From Candidatus Poribacteria bacterium (lineage in GTDB: Bacteria > Poribacteria > WGA-4E > PCPOR2b): 64,000 nucleotides of DNA. The stretch is from NCBI GenBank assembly GCA_965116925.1, contig OZ220744.1:4256001-4320000 (forward strand), in the 5' to 3' direction. This document shows positions 20,791 to 28,665 of this stretch, piece after piece. Position numbers and translations under genes: made by a program. The notes under the pieces were generated by a model, which was not told where the DNA came from, did not search any database, and saw only the letters and a program-made list of their open reading frames with translations. The first letter of the stretch is position 1. Every line of letters starts with the position of its first letter.

Positions 20791-21580
20791 ACAGTGGTGT
20801 TCGCTTCGGAGGACCGAAACCGAGTTCCACCAACCTTGAGACTATTCGTCGGAGTCGAGGACGGTCACTGTTGACCAGCTCCTCTGGTGGATGTAGTGAA
20901 TAGTTCCAACCTTCATATAGTCCTTTGACGTAAGCGATTTCCTCATCTGTCACGGGGTTTGCCATGAAGTTGATGGCGTGTTGGGAGCGTCCCGGTGGAC
21001 CGCCGAACGCACCATGCCATAGTGTTTCTGGAAAGACTATGACATCGCCGGGTTGCGATTCGACGACAACGCTGGGCACATCCGCGCCTGCAACCCCAAA
21101 CGGCATCGCGGTCGGATTATCCTGCTGTGCACTCAACGGCTGTATCCGTTTCCTATATTCTAATTTATGAGATCCCGGAATGAAACGCAGTGCGCCTGTG
21201 TCTTTGATGTTTGGCTCAAGGTAGAATGCGATCTTGATGTGAGGCACCGGTTCTGGGTCAAGTCCCCCGCCGTGCCACTGGGTGTCGCCGACATGGAGGT
21301 TGCCCTCGGTAGCGTTCAAGATGAAGTCAGGTCCGAGGAGGTCTTCGCCTAGCGCGTAGATGCGGTCATCCTCAATGAGCCATTGGAGTCGGGGATTCAA
21401 CTCGAAGAACGGGATCATGGCTTGCCGCTTTTCTCCGGGGAACGGCTTGCCTTGACGGTTTTCTCGCAAAACCGCGTCAGACTCACGACGGATGATGTCA
21501 ATCTCATGCGGGGTAAATAGCTGTCGAAGGACAAGGAATCCAAACGTCTCAAAGTGCTGTTTCTGCTGAATCGTTAGCAT
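20783..21580 (-). CDS. PhyH-family Fe(II)/2-oxoglutarate enzyme with HxG motif
   Basis: FETFGFLVL, QWHGG, GALRFIPGSH, PGDVIVF...LWHG, distal R. Confidence 0.8.
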   Translation of the reverse strand: MLTIQQKQHFETFGFLVLRQLFTPHEIDIIRRESDAVLRENRQGKPFPGEKRQAMIPFFELNPRLQWLIEDDRIYALGEDLLGPDFILNATEGNLHVGDTQWHGGGLDPEPVPHIKIAFYLEPNIKDTGALRFIPGSHKLEYRKRIQPLSAQQDNPTAMPFGVAGADVPSVVVESQPGDVIVFPETLWHGAFGGPPGRSQHAINFMANPVTDEEIAYVKGLYEGWNYSLHPPEELVNSDRPRLRRIVSRLVELGFGPPKRTPLFV

Positions 21581-21597
21581 GTTTACCTCTTTCTCGA

Positions 21598-22218
21598 TTA
21601 AGAGTTATGGCTGCCGTTGAGCTGCTTTTCACATGCCGTAAAAATAAAGTCAAGGATTCCGAATACTTTGGCAGGATCGGTTATTGAGTATGCAAGCGGA
21701 TGTTTCGCGAAGATATTTGTCTGCAACTTGCCAAACTCCCAGATAATCCCTGTTGACACGATTCCATACACGGTAACCTGTTCATCCGCATTCAGCTTTT
21801 GGCACGCTATCAGTTCCGCCAAGCATTGTGCCCAACCTCCTTCAAAATCCTGTTTTTTTGCCTCTACCACTGCTAGCAGGGGACGATCCACCAGCTTATC
21901 GGTCACGCCATCAACCCACGCTGACACAAAGTAATCCGGTTCCCCATACAACTCGTTGTCAACATTCAGAGCGCGCTGGGACCACAATTTCAGGGTTTCA
22001 TGGCGCTTCCACGCCTGCTGCAAAAACGGAAAAATGAAACTTTCCCTTAAAAACGTTTCACTTTCTTGAATCGCCTGTCTGTCCAACAAGAAATCTAGAT
22101 TCTCAATAAACCAACTGGGAGGTTCAAGCCGCAGATCGGGTATAAATCGTTCTGGACGGATTTGTAGGGGATATGTTTGAATAACTTGTTCTACACTTTT
22201 GAAATCGCTGTATGCCAT
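21598..22218 (-). CDS. Conserved hypothetical PD-(D/E)xK-fold protein
   Basis: MAYSDFK, G.PDY, VVEAKK.DFE.GWAQC.AE, YGIVSTG..WEFG. Confidence 0.6.
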   Translation of the reverse strand: MAYSDFKSVEQVIQTYPLQIRPERFIPDLRLEPPSWFIENLDFLLDRQAIQESETFLRESFIFPFLQQAWKRHETLKLWSQRALNVDNELYGEPDYFVSAWVDGVTDKLVDRPLLAVVEAKKQDFEGGWAQCLAELIACQKLNADEQVTVYGIVSTGIIWEFGKLQTNIFAKHPLAYSITDPAKVFGILDFIFTACEKQLNGSHNS

Positions 22219-22250
22219 CTGAATATCCTGCGTTCTGACTATCATCGTTA

Positions 22251-22278
22251 GTAGGGAACGCAGATCTGCGTTCCCTAC
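22251..22278. repeat. 28-bp perfect palindrome (REP family C)
   Basis: gtagggaacgcagatctgcgttccctac; further copies at 24060, 32665, 35051, 40014. Confidence 0.9.
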
Positions 22279-22309
22279 TGAAATGCGTAAGTCCTAATCT
22301 GCCCATTCA

Positions 22310-24265
22310 TCACACAAAGTCCATCGGCATCGGCTTAAACTGGCACCCTTCGACAAATACTTCAAAGAAGTCAGCGGTTGTTTCCAATTCGACATGTTCA
22401 ATCCCTTTGACCAGACGCTCGATAGCCTCACGTTTCTTGCGTGAGAGGAGAACCTCCTTCGCCCCTTGTACCGCGGCATTGCCGATCTTGACGATGCGAT
22501 CTTCGTCCACCGGTGCCAAAAAACCGATCTCAATTGCATTACGAACATCCACATAGTTGGCAAAGCCACCCGCCAGATAGAGGCGACTCACGTCCGCCGG
22601 ATTGATCCCGAACTTTCGCATAACGATGAATTGACCGCAGTAATTGGCAGCCTTCGCTTGAGCTAGATTGCTAGCATCTTCGCGGGAGAAGGTGATGTCG
22701 TATTCTGGTACGATTGGTATCTCTCGCGTTTTTCTGTCCCCGAATACACCCATTTCAGTCATCCGGTCATGGCGACGGAGTTCTGCCAGTAGATCGATTA
22801 GACCGGAACCGCAAATCCCTTGGGGGGCAACGCCGCCGATTGTACTATATTCAACCTGACCGTCTTTCCATCGGATCGACTCGATCGCTTCGTCGTAGCC
22901 CGGCATCCCGTATTTAATGCCGCCGCCCTCAAAAGCGGGACCTGCTGGACAGGAAGCGGCAATCAGCCGCTCTGGGTGTCCGACCACCACTTCGGTGTTT
23001 GTGCCGACATCCACTAGCATGACGACCTCTTTCTGGGATGCGATGTCGAGTGCGACCAGATCCGCTGCAACGTCGGCACCGACATGGCTGCCGATCAATG
23101 GCAGTCCATACACCTGTGCCTTGGGGTTGGCTCGGATTCCGAGCCGCCGCGTCTTCTCAATGAGCGACGTGGTTTTGCGATCGCCGGCGTGATATTGATG
23201 TTCGATTATCGATTGGTAAGGCTTTTGACCGATGCTCTGCACATCTAGCTTAAAGAAGATGTCCCGCATCGTCGAGTTGCCGACCACGACAATCTCGTAA
23301 ATTTCTTGGCGGACAAACCCTAGTTGTTTCGCCATCTCCTGAATCTCGTGGTTGAGCGCGTTGATGACCGCCCAGCGTAACTCCCCGCCAAACTCTCCAT
23401 CATACGAAATGCGGTGCATGATGTCGCTGCCGCCGAATCGTTGTGGGTTCTCAAAGGAACTGACATGGACGCTTTCACCTGTCTCCAAATCGACCAAGTC
23501 GATGACTACTGTTGTGGTGCCGAGATCAATCGCCAAGCCGTAGATGTGACCGCGATATTTGTCAACTGCCTCATCATCATAGTAAACCATATTTTCGCGG
23601 CGCGTTACTAATGGGTCAATTTGGAGAGGTTTTTCGTGTGTGCGGGTAAGGATCTTGGGAGTACGCCGCACTGGCAGGAACTCAATATTGACATCGGCGT
23701 CCTTAACCATCGCTTGGCAGGCGAGCCGATAGTTCTCCCGCAAAAACGACTCGGCTTCGTTCCGTGGGCGCAACGCCTCCATCCCCTCTTTGATCTCTAC
23801 AATACATTCATGGCACTGTCCGGTGCGGTAGCAGGAGGTCGGCACCTGAACTGCGAGTTCATCGGCGTAATCAAAAATGGTCTTCCCGGCTGCGAGCGGA
23901 TGCTTTTTGCCGTCATGCGTTACTGTTCCTACCCCGTAGCTTACTTCGCTGTCGAGGAAAGCACCTTCGGCAGCTTCGGTTTCCCACGCAGTCCGATAGT
24001 CAATTTTATCGTCTCCACCACACAAAAGTAATTCCTCCTCTGGTGCCCCGCGAACGCTAGTAGGGAACGCAGATCTGCGTTCCCTACCCACCAAACCCTC
24101 GCTAGGCGGTTTTCGCTGGTTTCGGCACCCAAATTTAGCAGTACATTGATCGAAGCGGTTTTTGTACGGGCATCGATGCATAGATTGCACGTCGGCATGG
24201 GCAACCATGCTTGAGAACATCTCTGATATTTTATCTAAACGTTTTTGATACTCTTCTTTGCTCAT
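22310..24265 (-). CDS. Reductive activator of corrinoid proteins (RACo/RamA, ASKHA ATPase, 2Fe-2S domain) with extra N-terminal Cys domain
   Basis: SC..TGQCHEC...RLACQ ferredoxin motif, AIDLGTTT, NPQ.FG.D, HVGAD, DVGTNTE, AGPAFEG, GICGSG, LAGGF, GNAA..GA. Confidence 0.92.
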   Translation of the reverse strand: MSKEEYQKRLDKISEMFSSMVAHADVQSMHRCPYKNRFDQCTAKFGCRNQRKPPSEGLVGRERRSAFPTSVRGAPEEELLLCGGDDKIDYRTAWETEAAEGAFLDSEVSYGVGTVTHDGKKHPLAAGKTIFDYADELAVQVPTSCYRTGQCHECIVEIKEGMEALRPRNEAESFLRENYRLACQAMVKDADVNIEFLPVRRTPKILTRTHEKPLQIDPLVTRRENMVYYDDEAVDKYRGHIYGLAIDLGTTTVVIDLVDLETGESVHVSSFENPQRFGGSDIMHRISYDGEFGGELRWAVINALNHEIQEMAKQLGFVRQEIYEIVVVGNSTMRDIFFKLDVQSIGQKPYQSIIEHQYHAGDRKTTSLIEKTRRLGIRANPKAQVYGLPLIGSHVGADVAADLVALDIASQKEVVMLVDVGTNTEVVVGHPERLIAASCPAGPAFEGGGIKYGMPGYDEAIESIRWKDGQVEYSTIGGVAPQGICGSGLIDLLAELRRHDRMTEMGVFGDRKTREIPIVPEYDITFSREDASNLAQAKAANYCGQFIVMRKFGINPADVSRLYLAGGFANYVDVRNAIEIGFLAPVDEDRIVKIGNAAVQGAKEVLLSRKKREAIERLVKGIEHVELETTADFFEVFVEGCQFKPMPMDFV

Positions 24266-24337
24266 TGGTTTATTGGTGCATTAGTTCATGAAAACAATCC
24301 CAATGTTTTAACATTGGGTCAAACGGCGTAACTTTAG

Positions 24338-24366
24338 TTGATTTTGCGTATAAATGATGGTATACT
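24338..24366 (+). promoter_or_regulatory. Sigma70-type promoter inside the element
   Basis: TTGATT-17 nt-TATACT with TG in the extended -10 position. Confidence 0.6.
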
Positions 24367-24372
24367 TTTGAT

Positions 24373-24708
24373 ACGTCCAAAAGCGGGAGAATGTCACCCT
24401 TGCAGCCTTGCAAGGTCTCCCGCCTCTCCAGTGACATGGGGACTTTGGACGGGTGGCTAACCAAGCCATACTGGACGAAAACCAAGTCCAAAATTGTATA
24501 ACCGTCGCGGCGGGACACGCCGAGACGTAAAAATGCCTGTGGAGGGGCTGTAAGACCACGCTATTTTGCATGGCAAATCTCATCGAAGCAGGTATACGGC
24601 AGGGGTGCCCTTAGCGGGGCACACCCGTAAGTCCGTTAAAAACTCTCGAAGGAGATACAAAGTGATTACTAATAAGAATCCCAATGTTTCAACTTTGGGA
24701 GCGGTCAA
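24373..24708 (+). ncRNA. Putative structured RNA: 5' pseudoknot domain plus TnpB omega/reRNA-like scaffold
   Basis: Nested stems gtccaaa/tttggac, gcgggaga/tctcccgc, ccttgca/tgcaagg; tnpB 3'-end-like gcctgtggaggggctgtaagacc...gaagcagg. Confidence 0.6.
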
Positions 24709-24710
24709 TC

Positions 24711-25478
24711 CTACTCATCGTCCCAATCCTCGTCATCTTCTTCGAGGAATTTCTTTGCCAACGCCACGCATTCAAGGGCATCCTTGCCGTATCCGTCCGC
24801 CCCCATATCGTCGGCGAACTCTTGGGTCACCGGGGCACCGCCCACCATAATCTTAACATCTTCCCGGAGATCTTCATCAATAAAGGCTTCGATTGTTTTG
24901 CCCATATTCGGCATCGTTGTGGTGAGCAACGCTGACATTCCGAGCACGGGTGCCTCATGCTCTTCTACCGCTTCGATGAACTCATCGTCCGAAGTGTCCA
25001 CCCCCAAGTCGTGTACGACAAATCCTGCCCCCCGCAACATCATAATGCAGAGGTTCTTGCCGATGTCGTGGAGATCGCCCTTCACCGTTCCCATGATTAC
25101 AGTCCCGATGGGATCGATACCGGAGGCAGATAGAATCGGTTCAATATACGCCATCCCAGCCTTCATCGCTCGCGCACAGGCGAGGACTTCCGGGACGAAG
25201 ATAAAGTTCTCTCGAAACTTGATCCCAACAATCCCCATCCCTGCGATGAGTCCGTCATCCATGATTTCGAGTGCTTCGGTGCCTGACTCTAGGGCGGCTT
25301 TGGTCATCTCATCCACACCATCGTTGTCTCCGTCGATGAGTGCTGCGGCGATGTCTTGCATCTCAGGGGTGGTTTGGGCAAATGTGTTAATAGCGCGCTC
25401 CCGTTCATCGGGACGCTCAATAAACTCCTCAATTTCGTCTACGATAATTTCATTCTGAATGTCAGTAATTTCTGCCAT
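24711..25478 (-). CDS. Stand-alone corrinoid (cobalamin-binding) protein, MtaC/MetH-cap-like
   Basis: GM..VG.KF...FVPEVL cap, GTVKGDLHDIGKNL (DxHxxG), MSALLTTTM, VGGAP. Confidence 0.95.
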   Translation of the reverse strand: MAEITDIQNEIIVDEIEEFIERPDERERAINTFAQTTPEMQDIAAALIDGDNDGVDEMTKAALESGTEALEIMDDGLIAGMGIVGIKFRENFIFVPEVLACARAMKAGMAYIEPILSASGIDPIGTVIMGTVKGDLHDIGKNLCIMMLRGAGFVVHDLGVDTSDDEFIEAVEEHEAPVLGMSALLTTTMPNMGKTIEAFIDEDLREDVKIMVGGAPVTQEFADDMGADGYGKDALECVALAKKFLEEDDEDWDDE

Positions 25479-25529
25479 AGTTTTTTCTCTTTGGATTTTA
25501 AGTAAATTCTCGCAAAAGTTGATGTTTTG

Positions 25530-25940
25530 TTATTGGTATAAGCCTAATTCAATCAGACGTTGTCGCTCCGCAATACGTTTTTCATCGTTAAAACGCAGAA
25601 TTTTTACTGTTACTCGTGCTTCAGCAGTAAGAGCACGGATTACCCCTTTTTCTAACTCAAAATGCCTGTCCCAGTTTTGAGTGCGCGGATTAAAAAATGG
25701 AACGAGTGTTCCTGTCTGTGGGTCGAATGAGCCTACGTTTGGTCCTTTGTAGCGATTACAGTACATACAAGAAAGTGCAAGATTTCTCTCATCCGTATTT
25801 CCACCATGCTGACGGGGCACAATGTGATCTGGCTCGTGCTTGTGCAACGAAAACGACTGGGGTAAGAGACAATATTCGCAGCGATTGCCGGCACGCCTTA
25901 CGACGAATTGACGTACACTTGTAGATAGACCGGAAGGCAC
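25530..25940 (-). CDS. HNH endonuclease family protein
   Basis: RAGNRCEYC, DHIVPRQHGG, NLALSC..CN..KG, FFNPR..W..HF. Confidence 0.85.
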   Translation of the reverse strand: MPSGLSTSVRQFVVRRAGNRCEYCLLPQSFSLHKHEPDHIVPRQHGGNTDERNLALSCMYCNRYKGPNVGSFDPQTGTLVPFFNPRTQNWDRHFELEKGVIRALTAEARVTVKILRFNDEKRIAERQRLIELGLYQ

Positions 25941-26300
25941 TTAGGCTCCCTGTTTTAGCTGTGATGTAACTTGTGTCTTGAGCATGATGACAATATGCTC
26001 AATTTGTTGCAGTTCATCGAGTTCAAGTTGCTCCATCTCCGATAACAATCCCGCTTGATTTAGTGTGAGCAAGCGTTGAAGCCTCTCCTGCGCCCGTTCA
26101 GAAACGTGATAGTCAAGTACCTCCTGCGGGTCAGGGTTTTTTGATAAAAACTGAATTGTCTCGGATGCGGTAGCAGCGGCCAAGGTCTTGAATCCGATGA
26201 GACTCAACTCGATAACAGTTGGAAGCCAAGAGCCAATCGGCTGAATTCGTCTTGCCAATTCATCAGGAACCTGCATTGTTAGCTGAACCATATTCTTCAT
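25941..26300 (-). CDS. Hypothetical antitoxin-like partner of the HNH gene
   Basis: N-terminal LT..VPDELA (RHH-like), RLQ.LL..N..G.LS..E..ELDE; abuts the HNH start. Confidence 0.55.
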   Translation of the reverse strand: MKNMVQLTMQVPDELARRIQPIGSWLPTVIELSLIGFKTLAAATASETIQFLSKNPDPQEVLDYHVSERAQERLQRLLTLNQAGLLSEMEQLELDELQQIEHIVIMLKTQVTSQLKQGA

Positions 26301-26332
26301 CCTTACCAACACGGAATGTCTCTGTCCGGTCT

Positions 26333-27388
26333 TTAATTCAACTCCACATGTTCTTTGTGCCAATCCTGCACCGCTTTGGGAATTTCTTTGAGATTTTCAA
26401 TAGCGGTCTGCAGCGGAATCGCACACTCTGGACCGACAAGCTGCACACCGGACTCCAGATTCTTGTAGACTTCTCCCCTAACGTCTTCGGGCCCTTTTGA
26501 GAAAAGCGTCTCAGGATTGTTAATGTTTCCGACCAGAGAGATCCGTTCCTTCACGACTTCCATGGATTCACCGGGTTCGTTTTTGGAATCGTAGTGGAAG
26601 GCTGCCATTCCTGTTTGGGCGATATATTCCATTCTGTCCACCGTCCGCCCACAGATATGCAGAATCAGCGGAATGGGAATCCGATCGACAAACTCAGTGT
26701 GTAGATCGCGGAGGTAACGCTCATAGTATTCGCCACTGACCAGATCGCCCGTTGCGTGGTCGGGTAGGGTCAGTGCATCTGCTCCCGCTTCAATCTGTGC
26801 GACTCCAAACTCTATCGTGGCTTCCTTCAACTTATCAAGCGCGAGTTTCGTTTGGCCCGGATCGTCCAGAGATAGCAGCAAAAAAGGCTCCACGCCGAAA
26901 CAGTGATAGGCCTGAGACCAAGGTCCCATCGTCTTTCCAATAATAGCGACATCATCCCCGTATTCCTTCTTGAGAATCTTAATCGCGTCGAGCACGCATT
27001 TGGTATCCTGATGCGTCAAAAAGTCTGATGGGATCTTGATTTCATCGACATCCTCCCAGATCGGTTCACGCATTCTGACCGTGGGCCAATTATCCTTCTG
27101 CTCCCATTGGATCTTGCATCCGAGCGCAGAGGATTCTTGGATGATCGTGAAAACAGGCATAATCGTATCGAAACCTAACTCAGTATACCCGGTGGCGGCT
27201 AAACGTGCCATCAACTCAGGTTGACGGTTGGCTTCCGGGAATGGTGCGTCCACCAAGTCCATCAGTTCTACTGTGGCGACAGATGTTGGATTGCAGATTG
27301 GTGTTCGGTCCACAGGTTCTCTCTTCAACGCTGCCAAAACCCGTTCCTTACCGGTCATCGGTCCGACTGTTTGTTTTTGGGTTCCCAT
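26333..27388 (-). CDS. MtaA/CmuA-family methylcobamide methyltransferase (URO-D fold)
   Basis: MTGKERVLAAL...VDR.P, ESSALGC, GPWS, AGAD, Zn ligands LHICG and GPEC, VGNI. Confidence 0.88.
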   Translation of the reverse strand: MGTQKQTVGPMTGKERVLAALKREPVDRTPICNPTSVATVELMDLVDAPFPEANRQPELMARLAATGYTELGFDTIMPVFTIIQESSALGCKIQWEQKDNWPTVRMREPIWEDVDEIKIPSDFLTHQDTKCVLDAIKILKKEYGDDVAIIGKTMGPWSQAYHCFGVEPFLLLSLDDPGQTKLALDKLKEATIEFGVAQIEAGADALTLPDHATGDLVSGEYYERYLRDLHTEFVDRIPIPLILHICGRTVDRMEYIAQTGMAAFHYDSKNEPGESMEVVKERISLVGNINNPETLFSKGPEDVRGEVYKNLESGVQLVGPECAIPLQTAIENLKEIPKAVQDWHKEHVELN

Positions 27389-27397
27389 ATTTTCCTC

Positions 27398-28033
27398 CTA
27401 ATTCTGTTGGCTTGGGGCTGCGAGGACGCCACGCGATGCTGCCATCTCCTGTTCCCGCACGATGGCACGTACATTCGGGGCGCGAACCAGCAGCAAACCG
27501 AGCAGCGCGTCATGTGAGTGCCCACACGGAAACGCAACCGTATCGAGCGTTCCATCCACCTCTTCCATCTCTCCCAATTTCATTAAACCGCCAGCAATTG
27601 CGGAGATACGCCTCTCGGCGCGTCTGCCCTCGCCATCAGCCCGCACTTGGTAAATCCCTTCTCCAAGGCTATCAACCGTGATGGTAAGCCCCGATTTTTT
27701 GTCCAAGATCTGTAAGGGACGCGGTTCCACCGAATCGTTCGGAGAGAGCTTACAGGACTCCAGAAAAGTTCGCTTGCAGGCTAGCTGGTGTGCTGCCTCA
27801 CAGGGAAACTGGAGCAGTCCATTTGTATCCTCAACTAAATTTCCCATGTGCGTCATCGTATTAACCGCAAACTGGATGCGCCCCTGAGCCCCTTCCATCT
27901 GGCTGTAGGTATGCACTAAAAACAGGGGACTTTCATCCTGCCCCTGCTGGTATAGGGCGATTGTAATATCGTGGAAATGAGGGTCCATCGGGACCAATTC
28001 AATACGTTTTCCAATATCGACCGTTTGACCCAT
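27398..28033 (-). CDS. Conserved hypothetical protein, first gene of the methyltransferase cluster
   Basis: 211-aa ORF with GAGGAG RBS, 9 nt before the MtaA-like gene; two FPC motifs; no family recognised. Confidence 0.7.
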   Translation of the reverse strand: MGQTVDIGKRIELVPMDPHFHDITIALYQQGQDESPLFLVHTYSQMEGAQGRIQFAVNTMTHMGNLVEDTNGLLQFPCEAAHQLACKRTFLESCKLSPNDSVEPRPLQILDKKSGLTITVDSLGEGIYQVRADGEGRRAERRISAIAGGLMKLGEMEEVDGTLDTVAFPCGHSHDALLGLLLVRAPNVRAIVREQEMAASRGVLAAPSQQN

Positions 28034-28665
28034 GGTTGTCTCCTCGTTATCATTTTGGTTAGGTTAAATAAACGCAAAGACGCAAAGTCACAAAATGTCT
28101 TATCGACACGATTTGGCAATTTGGCAGGGCACTGGCAGGTCCAAAAAAAAATTTCAATCTCACATCGGGGGTTTATCATTAGCCGATGTCTCTCTGAACC
28201 CTGACGGGGCCTAGCTTCAGGGCGTTTGTAGATTTTTACCACGCAAGAGAAGAGGCACCCAGACGGCTTTTTGACCTGCCAAATACGCACTATTTATGGA
28301 TCGTTTTTCACTGAAATGCTACCATAACCGCGCCAAATGTCAGGGATTTGGCAGGGCACTGGCAGGTCAAAACTCTGAAATGCGTAAGTCCTGTAATTGT
28401 TTTCACATTTCATGCGCCTTGTGTTTTGCACTTTCTTTTTCGCTCATGTTAAGAAATCGTGCAACAGAAACCGAGTTTTCAAGAAAAAACTCGGTTTATC
28501 TTTCTGCTGTGCGCTTTCTTTTTAGATGAGCCGTAGCTTTTAGCTCTTAATTTTGCTTGACAACGGAACGTTTTATTCGCATAATAATTAATGGTCTGAC
28601 CTTTGTGGCATAAGTTTAACCCAAAATTGGGGAATTGTAAAGCAAAATTTTTATTAAGGATTTGA

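Larger units (their letters stand above)
24285..24708 (+). mobile_element. Non-autonomous IS200/IS605-family element (PATE-like) with tnpB remnant
   Basis: Matching subterminal hairpins cccaatgttttaacattggg (24299-24318) and GAAT-cccaatgtttcaactttggg-agcgg-TCAA (24676-24708); left boundary approximate. Confidence 0.75.

Noticed and set aside
24373..24640. Cobalamin or SAM riboswitch for the B12 operon
   Set aside because: I could not find a B12 box or SAM-I core on the minus strand; the promoter and IS605-type ends point to the opposite strand.
24270..24850. Short ORFs of 82-94 aa between RACo and the corrinoid gene
   Set aside because: No recognisable motifs; the region is better explained as a structured non-coding mobile element.
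24784..25458. Long antisense ORF (224 aa) and similar shadow ORFs throughout the window
   Set aside because: They mirror well-supported genes on the opposite strand and have Ser/Pro-rich, non-protein-like composition.
28122..28137. Sigma54 -24/-12-like motif tggcagggcactggca
   Set aside because: It has GG-N10-GC spacing but two mismatches, faces away from the operon, and is part of a repeated sequence.
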